NCBI GenBank assembly: GCA_951406725.2
Contig: OX597817.1
Location: 122,450,001-122,514,000, forward strand
Reading direction: 5' to 3'
Length of the DNA stretch: 64,000 nt
Source of the DNA: Octopus vulgaris
Taxonomy: Eukaryota
In this document: in pieces, positions 26,074 to 39,443 of the stretch
Position numbering within the stretch: position 1 is the stretch's first letter
How the letters are laid out: every line of letters begins with the position of its first letter
The notes under the pieces: model-generated
Seen by the model: the letters and a program-made list of their open reading frames with translations, nothing else
Databases searched by the model: none
What the model was told of the DNA's origin: nothing
Made by a program: the position numbers and the translations under genes

Positions 26074-26229
26074 GATGGGCTTCTTTCAGTTTCCGTCTAC
26101 CAATTCCACTCACAAGGCTTTGGTCGGCCTGAGGCTATAGTAGAAAACACTTGCCCAAGGTGCCACGCAGTGGGACTGAACCCAGAACCAAGTGGCTGGT
26201 AAGCAAGCTACTTACCACAGCCGTTCCTG
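25822..26229 (-). mobile_element. Full-length SINE family B
   Basis: Reverse complement is collinear with 14269-14717. Confidence 0.9.
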
Positions 26230-26794
26230 CACTGATGCAAAATATAAAGACAAAATTGTTGTCAATGGTAATCTTCATAATCTTTGTGATGTTAAAAGTG
26301 ATTGTGGTAAGGATGATAAAAGGTAGTCAGAGGGACTGGCATTCATGGGAATGGAATCCACTGTGTGGCACCTTGGGCAAGTGTCTTCTACTATAGCCTC
26401 AGGCCGACCAAAGCCTTGTGAGTGGAATTGGTAGATGGAAACTGAAGGATGCTTCTAAAAATTAGGATACATCCATAGACAGAGAGAGGGGGGAGAGTGA
26501 AGGGGGAGAATGAGATAGCTGGAATGAGAAGGAGAGAGAGAGAGAGGTGATGACTGTGCTGCTGCTGCTAATGGTGATGATAACAATGGTGGTGATAAGG
26601 ATGATGATGATGGTGGTGGTGGTAATAATGAGAGAATGTACATCAAGGGAGAAGCTGAAGGCTGTCTGCACACATGTTCAGAGATTTCTTGTATGACTGA
26701 TGTCATGTGTGTGTGTGTTGCATGTATGTGTGTGCATGTGTGAAGTGAGAGAGAGAGAGAGAGGGAGAGAGAGAGAGAGTCTTATATTTTTTAT

Positions 26795-27130
26795 TTTTTT
26801 AATCATTGGACTGTGGCCATGCTGGGGCACTGCCTTCAAGGCTTTAGTTGAATAATTTGTTCCCTGTATATTTTGTTTTTTTTAAAAAAACTTAGTACTC
26901 ATTCTATCAAAACCAACACTGTTGGTCAATCAGTGGTGGAAGACAAACACAATACAAATACAAAGACTCACACACACACACACACACAAACACATGCATG
27001 CACGCGCACACATATGATGGGCTTCTTTCAGTTATTATCTACCAAATCATTTCACAAGGCTTTGTTTGGTTGGCCCGTGTATATAATAGAAGACACTCAC
27101 TGAAGATGCTTTGCAATTGCACTGAACCCA
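26795..27130 (-). mobile_element. Degraded SINE family B
   Basis: CATTGGACTGTGGCCATGCTGGGGCAC...GGGCTTCTTTCAGTT motifs. Confidence 0.7.
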
Positions 27131-27628
27131 GAGGTATTCATAAAGAATAATCTAATTCCGTTGTTTCTCTCATATCATCATCATCATCATCACCACAATC
27201 CCCTTGACCATCACTGACTGTCACCATCATAAATTCTAAATAGCAGAAATAGAACTGAATCCAATTAAATGACTGAAAGTTTTACGATTTCTTCTTTTAC
27301 ATGCTGTTTTCAAGTCCAGGTAGGTTCAGTTTTACCTTTTATCAGTCTAGGGTTGCTAGAATAAGTCTGACTCAGGTACAACAATGATGATGATAATGAT
27401 GATGATGAAGAAGAGAAGGAGGAGGAAGAAGATAAGGACATGGAGAAGGAATTGGATACAGTTGCTATCTACACATAGATTTTTCCTTATGAGTGCATCA
27501 AGAAGCTAGCATGACATAAGAAATTCAATTTTCCAAAGTATATTTATAATACATACATGTATATGTGTGTATGTATGCATGCATATGTGTATGTGGAGAT
27601 ATCTATATAGATTTTTACTGTGGAATGA

Positions 27629-27950
27629 ATCCTAGAGGCATAAACCAAGGCTGTTGCCAAACTGCAAAGGTATGAAAGCAACTGCAGTTTCTGGTTCATT
27701 AAAAATTATCATGCTTTACTTATCACCATTTCTCCAGAAGGATTGTAGCTTACAAACTTGGCAAATAGAAAAAAAAAAATGGTTTATCTTACATGTGGGT
27801 AACAATTTTTTATATTTTAATAGCTTCAGAAAAGGAAGTGTTACTGACCTGTCAGTAAGGCCTCCCGGATCAGTCTGGTTGCTGTGGTATTTATGGCTCT
27901 TCAGTTGTTGTGGTGGGAGACTGAGCAACGCCAAATAAAGTTGTCCTCAA
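27629..27950 (+). mobile_element. Possible PLE GIY-YIG C-terminal remnant and 3' UTR
   Basis: Frame from 27629 reads ILEA*TKAVAKLQRYESN...LITISPEGL* (compare E..WI..L.T..P.GLN). Downstream hairpin TTACTGA-CCTG-TCAGTAA. Confidence 0.35.
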
Positions 27951-28433
27951 GTTGGCAGCATAGTCTCAATGTCTCTAACCAGTTGGACCCTCCTGAAGAC
28001 ACCCAGAGGTTAGCAATGTTCATATATTTGTGTGTGCATATACTGAGCAAGTATGGCTGTGTGGTTAAGAAATTTGCTTACCCACTATGTAGTTTTGTCG
28101 ATTTGGGTTCAGTCTCACTACATGGTAGTTTCGGTAAGGATTTTTTTCTGTAGCTCTGAGTAGACCAAAGCTTTGAGGGTGGATTTAGTAGGCAGAAACT
28201 GAAAGAAGCCTATTACATGTGTATGTGCATGTATGCATGTGTGTGCATGTGTATGAGTGCATGTGTGTGCCTCTGTGTGTGTACGTGTGTGTGTGTGTGA
28301 GTGTGCACGTGTGTGTTATTTATGTTGAAAGGTGTACCCAAGTTCTGCATGGTTAAAAATCCATTTTCAATGAAGAGTAGAGCTGTTCTCCTTGTGATTC
28401 GTAAGCAACATTTGCCACAAAAATTTTAATGCA

Positions 28434-28465
<32 letters not shown>

Positions 28466-28468
<3 letters not shown>

Positions 28469-28693
28469 CTTTACTGCCCACAAGGGGCTAAACATAGAGG
28501 GGACAAACAAGGACAGACAATGGTATTAAGTCGATTACATCGACCCCAGTTGGAAACTGGTACTTTATTTATCGACCCCGAAAGGATGAAAGGCAAAGTC
28601 GACCTCGGCGGAATTTGAACTCAGAACGTAACGACAGACGAAATACGGCTACGCATTTCGCCCGGCGTGCTAACGTTTCTGCCAGCTCGCCGC

Positions 28694-28694
<1 letters not shown>
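28466..28694 (-). mobile_element. Full-length, young SINE family C inserted in (TA)n
   Basis: Minus strand GGCGGCGAGCTGGCAGAAACGTTAGC...GAGTTCAAATTCCGCCGAGGTCGACTTTGCCTTTCATCCTTTCGGGGTCGATAAAT. CpGs are intact. Another copy at 39444-39672. Confidence 0.9.
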
Positions 28695-28737
<43 letters not shown>

Positions 28738-28796
28738 TTGTGCATGTGTATGTATTCATATTGATAGGTAGGTAGCTAGCTACATAGATATACAGA

Positions 28797-28797
28797 C

Positions 28798-28870
<73 letters not shown>
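28797..28870. repeat. (GATA)n microsatellite
   Basis: Direct reading. Confidence 0.98.
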
Positions 28871-28871
<1 letters not shown>

Positions 28872-29540
28872 GTACATATAACAGGCTAAATTCTACATAT
28901 GTTTTACATATTTTCACAGTTTCCATAAATGACTTGCAATTGTAATTAGTTAATTAGATATGTCTTTTGTGCTTTGGTGAAGCCCAACTTCTCTGCATTA
29001 GTACCAAATCAGTTTGTTACAGATTCAAGTGTGCCACTAATTATAAGTAAAAATCTAAAATGATAATCCACAGAGAATAACAACAGATTTCTCATTTATT
29101 CAGCCTAGGGGGTTTTTTTCTAATTATTTTTGTTATTCACTTTATATTAATATCAGTATTGAAAGAATAAATGCATATATGAATGTATGCATGAAGTATG
29201 TGAATACACATTCACTTTTAATCATATATATATTACATGATTTTTTAGATGGCAGAAGCTGGTATCTAATAGTAAAACCGAAGCTTCATCTTTGGCATTT
29301 GGTTAGCAACAATAGTTTGTATGTATTGAACTTTCAGAAGGTTTTGTAGATTTTCACTGTTCTGCTTATAAATTATCGCTATAAAGTTCATGGTATGTAT
29401 GTACATAGTCATGTTAGCATATAAGTATGTATGTTTGTATCATTGAATGTATCCTTAAATCCTTCAAAATGTTTTAGCCCAAAGGCCGCGGCCATACTGG
29501 GGCACCACCGCTGTATGCACACATTCTTGCATCTTTATCT

Positions 29541-30150
29541 TTTATTTCTTTCAGTCATTAGACTGCTGCCATGCTGGGGCACCACCTTCATATTTTAGTT
29601 GAACAAATTGACCAAGCATATTCTATCAATCTTTTTTGGTACATTTTCTATCAATCTGTTTTGCTGAACTGCTAAGTTACAGGGATGCAAGCACATCAAC
29701 ACCAGTTGTCATTTGGTTTTGGGGGGGGGACAAACATTAACACAAAGATACATATACACACACACACATTATTACCTGCAAGGGGCTAAACATGGAAGGG
29801 ACAAACGAAGACAGACAAAGGGATTAAGTCAATTACATCAACCCCAGTGTGTAACTGGTACTGGTACTTAATTTATTGACCCCAAAAGGATGAAAGGCAA
29901 AGTCGACCTCAGCAGAATTTGAACTCCGAACGTAGCAGTAGACAAAATACCGCTAAGCATTTTGCCCAGCATGCTAACGTTTCTGCAGTCTCGCAGCCTA
30001 AAACGTCTTTCAGTTTCTCTCTACCAAATCCACTGACAAGGCTTTGGTTTGCCTGAGGCTATAGTAGAAGGCATTTGCTCAAAATGCCATGGCATGGAAC
30101 TGAACCCAGAACCATGTAATTGGGAAACAAGCTTCTTACCACACGGCCAT
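29541..30150 (-). mobile_element. SINE B interrupted by a SINE C (29772-29999)
   Basis: B tail 29541-29770, C copy, then B head 30007-30150. Confidence 0.8.
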
Positions 30151-30806
30151 GTATGAATGCACATATGTATACATGTATGTATGTATGCATCATTGCATGC
30201 ATGTATGTATGTAATACACATGTATGCATGGTTGTATCTATGTGCAAGTATGTATGTATGGATGTATGCATGAGCTTAACTGTATATACGTATATGTACA
30301 TACACACGTATGTAGGGTTATACGAATCTGTGAATATGCTAAATTGTTTCAGAACTATTGTGGTTTGTAGTTAAATTTCTATGCTATTTAGCATTTTATC
30401 TCAGCTTTCATCGACCATTGACAAGTTCTTTATTTTACATTCATTACTAGTCTTCGAGATTTCCTTCTCCGTATTGTGATTTGTAAAAAGACGAAAGAAT
30501 ATAGTTTGAATTTGAATTTTAATGAAGTCTTTTCAAACTGAGAATGTTAAAATAGATAATATTTCTTCTGTAAATACTCTGATACATACACACACTAATA
30601 TACATACATATATATATACATTCACACAAGAAAATATGCACTTACTTACAATACATGAGTGCGCACATATTTGTAATTGCAAATATACTTGTGTGTATGT
30701 GTGTGTGAGTGTTTAAATTTATATTTACATGTGTGAGTTTATATTATACATATACACACACACACATATATATATATAACTAAATACACCCACATGCACA
30801 CCACAG

Positions 30807-30846
<40 letters not shown>

Positions 30847-31122
30847 TACACATGCCAATGTTGAGATAGAGAAAAAGAAAGAGAACAAAAGAGAACTGGG
30901 TGAAAGAGAGAGCGAGAAGGTAAAATACTTTCCATGTACAATGGAAGTTAGAGTTATAAATATACCATTAAACAAAGACACTAGTTTATCTAAAAATTGT
31001 TCCTTAGATCTAAATAAAATGAATTTATCAATTCATTTATTTCAAACAAACACAGAAAAAAGCAGGAATTTAATAATAATAATAATAGTAATAATAATAT
31101 ATATATATAAAGATATGTATGT

Positions 31123-31157
<35 letters not shown>

Positions 31158-32068
31158 AGAGAGAGAGAGATGCATATAGTGTGTGTGTATGTGGGTGTAT
31201 ATGTACATGAGTGTGTGTATTTAAAGCACATTCTTCTGTTTGAAAATACTTTTGTATCTTTTTTGGAAACATTTGTTTTTGCTCAATGCCTATTTCAGTT
31301 AATATTATTCTTTTATTTTAAGTTTCAAACATTTTCTTTCAATATTACATATGCATTTTTATGGATAAGATAGACGTGGATACATCTTTAAAAAATATAT
31401 ATAGTCTTGAGTAATTCATTTCTAAAATAAATGGGTAATTTCATTTTCTCGATTCTTTGAGATATAGTAAAGATATAATTTTCAAATTCGTAGATATTCA
31501 CTTCTCTTTTTATTTCTCTCATTTGGATTTGCTTTATTTTTTTTTGTTGCAATTTGGTTTTTCTTTTTGTTGTTGTTGCTGTTGCTAGTAAATATTTTTC
31601 CAATATGGAGACTATTGTAAAAAAAATTATCAAATAAATATTAATATATATATATATATAAATGTATATAAGTATGTTGCAGGTATATATATATGTACGT
31701 ATGTATGTAGTAGTAATTTTATGGCTGCATCTAAATGTACGAGTATCTTCAAATAGTATTTTGTGGAGCAGAGTTTTGTGTCTCTGGTAGAAGAAAATGT
31801 AAATTGCTTTCCAAACCATAACACAAACAAGTATACACATACACATGTACCTATGCAGACAGATATGTATGAAAACACACACACAACATATATGCAAAAG
31901 AGACACAGAAAGACAGGATGAGAGAAAGGAAGATAGACGTGTATATTTGTCCATTTATGCATGCACATATTCATGCGCATATATACACATGTGTGCTTAA
32001 TATTTTTAACAGCTTTCTACAGATTTTGCGGACGGAAAGACTACAATTATTTCCGAAGAAATTCAAAT

Positions 32069-32122
<54 letters not shown>

Positions 32123-32512
32123 GTATGTATATATGAACACACAAACACAGTCACACACAAACTTATTAACAATGTATTTGAAACACTGTGGAAGTAAAGT
32201 AATAAATGCAGCAGCAAAATATATTTCTTAATTTACTGATAAAACTTCAGTTTTTCAGTCACATGTTTGCAAACCAAGAACTTTGGAGTAATTTCTAATA
32301 ATGAATTGCATTTATTATTTCCAGTGGCAAATTTATGGGATAACATGAAACAATAAACATAAAAATATTACTGGTATGTAATTTATTATTTTATTGTTGT
32401 TCTCTTGAGTTATACTAAATACAATGTGTGTGTGTGCGCATGTGCATGCATGCACACAAACATGTATATACATACATAGAAACATACATACAAACATATA
32501 TAAAGACATATA

Positions 32513-32815
32513 TACAGGGTGCGATTGGCAAAATGTTATCATTATATTTTCAATTTTTCACATGTTCATTGTTTGTTTTTGATTTTGCTGACTATCCAGT
32601 ATTGTAGGGTCAGTTGGGCACCAACTGTGAGAAAAACAGCACCATGACACAATTCACTTTGCTAGAAATTTGGAAACGACATGCTGTACTGTTTGGCATT
32701 CAAACCAGAAGCTTCAATACGAACATTTCAGAGTGTTTGGGTTTCAATCTGAGGACATGTACCGAGAGTGATAAAAATCAAACATCCACTCAACATCATG
32801 ATGTTTAGAGTGATC
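32513..32815 (+). mobile_element. Tc1/mariner (maT-like) 5' end, deleted derivative
   Basis: TA+CAGGGTG start. Collinear with 38658-38980. Confidence 0.75.
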
Positions 32816-33034
32816 GCTAAATCTTCCTTTGAAGTTAATGACTAAAAGTCCTATATTTAATTCCACAAACTACAGAGTCAAGTGAGTCACTCTACAGTCA
32901 CTTGATAGACCATATTCATTCGGGTGTTTCAAATATACTCTAGTGCATTCTTGATCAACATCTTAAGCCTGAAATGAAGAAAATCCAAGTTGGTATATGT
33001 GTGAAAGAGTTTTACAAGGTACAGGAATGAATAT

Positions 33035-33518
33035 AATAATGATAATAATGAAATTATTGAATACAGTGCTCAGGCACACCACAACTTGTCAAAAGTGCAT
33101 ATAAAGCATATACAGTAATGTACAAATATCTGGGAAGTGAGCCGTGTATGAGTCAGATACATGCTTGTGTGTGTATGGAGGAGAGAAAATCAGGTGTAGT
33201 GTTGGCGAATCTCGGGAAGCATGGAAGTTTTGAAGGATGCAGTGCTCCGACAACTAACAACTGATGCCAGCAGTTTGTTCCATACTTCAGCAACTCTTAG
33301 CGTGAAAAAGTGTTTCCAAAAGTCATGGGGGCTGTGCTGTTTTCTGACTTTGTAAACATGTCCATGAGTATTAGACAGGTGGAGTTTGAAAAGGTGCTCA
33401 GAGTTATTGTTAGTAAGATGGTTAATAATTTTATGGGTGTCTGCCAAGTCAGCTGACAGATTTCGGAGTTTCAATGTATCCATGCCCAGGGAAGTAAGGT
33501 GTTCAGAATATGGCAAAT
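33035..33518 (-). mobile_element. CR1-group LINE 3' end
   Basis: PYSEHLTSLGMDTLKLR..DL..THKI...THGHVYK...FFTLRVAEVWNKL.ASVV..S.ASFK matches the CR1-type ORF2 C-terminus. (ATT)n-like tail. Confidence 0.85.
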
Positions 33519-34693
33519 GCCTGATGCCATGTAAATGTTATAGCAAAACATTTGGTCCAATGCTTTTCTATCTTTCTAATACTTGAGAAGTAATATTTAT
33601 CCCCACTTAAACATGATTGTTCTGTTAGAACAAACTATACTGCAGTAGAAACTATGTAAGAAACTCTCATAGTCGCTTTTAGTTCAAAATTAACTCTTGT
33701 TTATATTGCTAGCAAGGGGATAAATCCCAGCTATCTCCAGCACTGAGACCACCAGATCATGTGATTTTGATTTTCCGCTAATATTTGATTACTTTTATGG
33801 AGATTGATAAGAATGCAAGTCTTAAAATATTGAATAGTTTTAACTGGGTAGGTGGCTAATATTTTTTCAGTAAGGTGAATGGTACATACAACAGAAGTGA
33901 CTGCATTTGCTTAATGGCAAATTTAAAACTGGTTAGATTTAGAACCTGTATATATTTAGTTAAAACATTCATATCCTATTTAGAAGGGGTTTTTTTTACG
34001 ATCCCTTTTGATCGAAAACCTACCCCACGTTTTATTTTTTATTTTTATTTTCTTTTTTTTTCTCCCCAAAAAGAAAAGCTCTACTTTGTAATTTATCCCC
34101 TCTGTGTTTAGCCCTGTGTTGCTAATAAAGAAACATATTTAGAAAGTTTACTTTTCTTATCACACAGTTCACTTTGAATTCTCCAGCTTCAGAGTCTAAT
34201 CGCACTGCAGCAGTTAGACTTTTAGCATATCTGTAGTTCTATCTAAGCCTTATGAGTGAAATGGAATAGACCTAAATTAGATAGATGGTCATCATATATA
34301 CTGTGACCGTTCTTGGTTGACTTAAACCATCATATGCTTAAACATTAGTATTGGATTTAGACTTGGTAAAACAAAATTATATCGTGTGTGAAAAAATTAC
34401 ACTAAATAGGTCTCATAAAAATTGAATGTATATGTGTTTTTTGATTATTAAGCTATTGTTTATCTTTATGCCTAGATCCAGTACAAGATTAACTAACAGA
34501 AACTTCATACATGGCAGCAGTGTGACAGTTCAGTTTCATTATAAAGTGACACATGGGTTGTTGCAATATGTGAACTTTCTCATAGGGATATAGACAACAG
34601 TTGAGTACTCTAGGAAAGTAAGAACTGGCCATGTCATGAATATTCCAGTCTGTATATTATGCAGTCTGTCTCAATCTTGGTTTTCTTTTGTAG

Positions 34694-34737
34694 TGTGCAC
34701 TTCGTTGTAAGGGTTTGAGCCAGGTTTTGATGAGCAG
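34694..34737 (+). other. Candidate 44-nt exon
   Basis: TTTTCTTTTGTAG acceptor and CAG|GTAAAC donor. Open frame CALRCKGLSQVLMS. No recognisable homology. Confidence 0.2.
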
Positions 34738-35901
34738 GTAAACAGATTATTTTTACATCATTCTTGGAAACAATACAAAAAGATAGTGGATGCCACCCTT
34801 CTACCTCAGGAGAGCCATGATAAAATACATACATATATGTTTTTAAATATTGGTATTCTTCTATCTCGGCTATGTTCAATATTCAGTATAAATGATAAAA
34901 TATCAGGTGAAACAAGAGATATAATAAAAATAAAACAGTTTCCTCCAAAATTTGGAACCAAACTGAATTCTTAATTTGCTTCAAGATTACTTCATGTATG
35001 AGACAGTACTTGAAAGAAGTGAAATATTTCAAATTTGTATTGTTTTTCAACATCATCATATCTTTCATGAATCTAAGCAACAATATGTGATTTTGTAGTT
35101 AGTTTTTTTTATTAATCACCATATAACAAAGTTATGGAAATTGAATTTTAAATGGATTTCAGATGTATTTTGTTGGCTTTCATTTATATTTCAAAATAAA
35201 TCTAAGACATAATTCTTCATTTCCCATTTCTTGTCGTTGCAATATTAGCTTATTAGCTTAGATTACATTTTATTAACTTTATTTTCTGTTGTCTGCAAAT
35301 GATTTAAATTTTAATAAGTTGATGTTTGGATTTATGCCATTTATATTAATTAGTTCTTTCCATTAATTTAACTATTGTTAGAAATAACATTGTTTTATAT
35401 CCTTTCCTATAAAATATTTTCATTGTAGTTGCATATATTAATTAGTGGAATGGAAGCAGAAAGCAGTTAAATTGGCAGAAGCTGTAGAGCTTCAGATAAT
35501 AACATAGTTATCAATTTTGTTTAGTGTTCCATCTCCACTGGGACCAGCTGTTTCTTTTCATTTGGTCAGAGTTAATTGAACATAATATGTCTCTCTCAGT
35601 TTCAGGGATGACTTTTGAGGTTAGAAAGTTGTCATATACACTTGCATATGAGTCTTTATTCTTTTATCTCCCACTTGTTTCAATCATTGAACTTTGGCCA
35701 TGCTGGGGCACCACCTTGAAGGGTTTATTCTAACAAACCAACCCAAGTACTTGTTTGATGAGTTTGGTACTTATGTTATCAGTCTCTTTGGCCAAACTGC
35801 TAAGTGACGGGGGATGCAAACAAGCCAACACTGATTGTCAAGTGGTGGAGGGGGACAAACACAAACACATGCAGATATCTATCTATCGATCTCTCTCTTT
35901 C

Positions 35902-35957
<56 letters not shown>

Positions 35958-36986
35958 TATATCTTACCTATTAATCATAATGTGCATATCATTTGACACC
36001 AGTAAACATTTTTATAGTCTTGAAATATTGGAATATTCTTCTTCCTCACAGAATAAAAATTATTTCACTGTTTGAAATTAATAAACTAAGCATGTGGATA
36101 TTTTTAATTGGTTCAGCTGACTCCAGCAATGTAAGAAATGATTAATTAGAACAGAAATATGGATGAAATATTATCCCAAGTGACGACATACTAAACTGTA
36201 TTCCTCTGCTACATTTTCTGACATAATCTTTAGTCACAGCTCCAATACTATGAATATATGATTAGAATGTCACAGGAAAGAACTGACTGCAAGATGGATT
36301 CTTTAAGCCAAGCTAACCAACAGGTGACCTAAGGTGAGACAAAGAAGGTGATGGTTAGCTAATATCTACAGTCTCAGTTGGTTATGCTTAGGAATCTAGT
36401 CACAAAGTCTAATGACAGCTGCTTCTGACAGGACCTAATGGAAGCGGTGCCTGTTGGTGCTACCACAGTGACCATTCTTGGAATAGTAGGTAGAGAAAAT
36501 GGATGGATGGAATTGCCTTTGTTTTAATTTACCTTTTGTTTTATACATCTAGCACAATGAAAATAAATACCTGTAATAAACTGCGATTAAAGCAAGTATC
36601 TGATTCTTTTTCTTCTATAAGAGTTTGTCATGTATTTATGAAAAAGAAATCAATATCTGAAGTATTTAAGTATTTTACATGAATTATGTAAAATATGATG
36701 TCTGTAAGGTTAAGGTCACTAGATTACAGACCAAATGTTCATAAGTTCAAATCTTGCTCATCAAGTTGAGTTCTGTTCTTAAGAAAAGAACTGTAATCTG
36801 CTTATATTTTTATTACTGAATAAATTATTGTTTATTTTTGTTATTTTGATTTTAGTTTCATTTTTATTACTGCATAATAATTCTTCCAAGTGACAAAATA
36901 TCGTTTGAAGATTATACTCATAATGTTTTGCATATTAACATCCTTGTATGAGATAATTACTGACATCAAGTTTCGACTAATTACAG

Positions 36987-37107
36987 ATTAAATGTGATAT
37001 CGGAAGTCACAGATGGCCAAAGAATTAATTGCTTATATCTTCTTGATAGTTATGTGTTCCTGTTCCTGATAAAAGCAATTAATTCTCAACAGACGGGTCC
37101 ACCTAAG
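36987..37107 (+). other. Candidate 121-nt exon containing a hairpin
   Basis: CTAATTACAG acceptor and AAG|GTAATA donor, one open frame. Internal inverted repeat 37021-37039/37068-37086. Confidence 0.2.
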
Positions 37108-37349
37108 GTAATATAGATTACTTTAAAGGAAAGGGGGTAGTTCACTACTGTGAACAATATATAATTCATTAATGCTTTCATTGACGTCTGTCTCTTGACA
37201 TTGAAGACAAGGTAACATAAGTCAGGAATTCATAGTAGAACAGGCATTTCAGAATTGTTTTGGGGCATGATGCTTAATCCTACATTATCTGCTTATATAG
37301 CTGCAACATAGATTAACATCCTGTTCAGATTCAAGGGTCTTTCATTTAA

Positions 37350-37561
37350 TAACCCTTTTGTTGCCAACCCTTGGTTCTGTGATACAAACTTATTATCTGC
37401 AATTGATCTAAATTGGAATCTTTCAAAATTGCATGCTAATTAACATTCCAAACACCAGCTTACTAATGATAAAATTATTTTTCCAAATTTTCCCTTGTTT
37501 TCAAAATTAATTGAAACAAAAGCAATGCATTTCATAAGAAATAAAGTAACAAAAGGGTTAA
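37350..37561. mobile_element. piggyBac-like MITE
   Basis: TIRs TAACCCTTTTGTT and AACAAAAGGGTTA(A). CCC/GGG termini with a TTAA-like target. Confidence 0.65.
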
Positions 37562-38055
37562 TATATTTATAGCAAAGATGCTCATGTCTATTCCATCATT
37601 TGTTTTTCTAGCAAGAGAATAAACATATGTCTTTTTGGGGAAAGTTACTGCTTTAAGACAGGTATCATTATCAAAAGGAAATTTGTCATTCAATTATTTC
37701 TTGAGAAGGTATAGTTAGATATTCAGCATTATTGCTTCTAGTGAACTGCATTATGATTATATTTTAGTATTTAACATAGAGAAACAATGTCCAATAAAAC
37801 ATAATTGAGACAAAGTTTATATATGAGTTTCAATGAAGAAAGAACAAACAGATGTTAAAGCTCACATGAAATGATTCACCTGCAAGGCCTTATTTGCAAT
37901 GAAGTTTGATGCAACAACTTGCTTGCGCAATGTTATATATGCATGTATGTCTTCAGTGTGTGTGTGTGTGTGTGTCTATGTGTGTGCATATATGTATTTC
38001 TGCACATGTGCATGTATATATGTGTGTGCTTGATTATATATCCATATAAACATAT

Positions 38056-38109
38056 ATTTAAATGCTAAGATACATATATATATATATATATATATATTTA
38101 AATGCTAAG

Positions 38110-38176
<67 letters not shown>

Positions 38177-38256
38177 AATGCTAAGATACATATATATATA
38201 TATATATTTAAATGCTAAGATACATATATATATATATATATATTTAAATGCTGAGA

Positions 38257-38258
<2 letters not shown>
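38056..38258. repeat. Tandem repeat TTTAAATGCTAAGATAC + variable (AT)n, 5 units
   Basis: Direct reading. Confidence 0.95.
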
Positions 38259-38306
<48 letters not shown>

Positions 38307-38307
38307 A

Positions 38308-38618
38308 TCATCATCATCGCGTAGTGTCTGTTTTCCATGCTGGCATGGGTTGGACAGTTTTACTGAGGTCTGAAGAGCCTGCAGCTGTACCAGTCTTCAA
38401 TCTGATCTGGCAATGTTTCTACAGCTGGATGCCCTTCCTAATGCCAACCACACTGATAGTGTAGTGGGTGCTTTTTTACATGCCACCAGCACAGAAGCTA
38501 GTCAAGCAGGCTAGGCATCAATCACATTCAGGTAGTGCTTTTTGTGTGCCACTAATACAGTAGCCAGTCATGGGGCACTGGAACGTTCAGGTAGTACTTT
38601 TAACGTGCCACCAGCAAA
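38308..38618 (-). mobile_element. RTE-type LINE 3' UTR
   Basis: Homologous to 59600-59984 and 43655-43930. Confidence 0.75.
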
Positions 38619-38657
<39 letters not shown>

Positions 38658-38662
<5 letters not shown>

Positions 38663-39260
38663 GGTGTGAAGGGTAAATTGTCACCATTTTATATCTTTTC
38701 TTCATGCATGCGCATTGTTTGTTTTTGATTTTGTTGACTACACAGTATAGTAGGGTCAGCTGGGCACTCTCTGTGAGAAAACAGCACCGTAATGTAATTC
38801 ACTGTGCCAGAAATTTGGAAATGACATGCTTTACTGTTTGGCATTCACACTGGAATCTCCAGTATGAACATTTCAGAGTATTTGGGTGTCAATCTGAGGA
38901 CATTGCAATCTAAGGCCATGTACCAAGATTATTAAAAAAGAAACATCCAGTCAACATTATGGTGTTTGGAGTGATCACTAGTGATGACGACGTTATGCCT
39001 CCTTTCATCTTACCAGACAGCCGCAGACTCAACATGGAGGTATACATCAATTGTCGGGAGAAGGTAGTGCTTCCCTCGGTCAAGAGGATGGCTACTGGAA
39101 GACCCTATGCCTGGCAATAGGACTCAGCACCACACCACCCAAACAGGAGAACCCAGTTATGGCTGTCAGACAATTTCTATGACATCACCCCTAACATCTG
39201 GCGTGCAGTAGGGTGAGAGATCAACTCCCAAGTTGTCAGGAGGCCAATTTTTTTACGCCA
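38658..39260 (+). mobile_element. maT (Bmmar1-like) Tc1/mariner transposon remnant
   Basis: TA+CAGGGTG start. 38941-39200 translates KHPVNIMVFGVITSD..VMPPFI...LN...Y...VVLP....GRPYAWQ*DSAPHH..RTQLWL...TPNIW. Truncated before the third catalytic residue. Confidence 0.8.
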
Positions 39261-39443
39261 ATAGCGATTTCATTGCATAAATTTACTCATTAGTATTTTA
39301 AGATATTTTTGTGTATATATAAATATATACAAGCATACATATATACATAAATATATATATATATATATACATAAATATATACATATATGATATGAGAATG
39401 ACAATTTGGTAAATAATGAGATTTAAGCTTATGAAATATTCAT

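Noticed and set aside
38056-38258. CRISPR-like repeat-spacer pattern (also 53255-53457)
   Set aside because: Spacers are only (AT)n or absent, there are no cas genes, and the context is eukaryotic.
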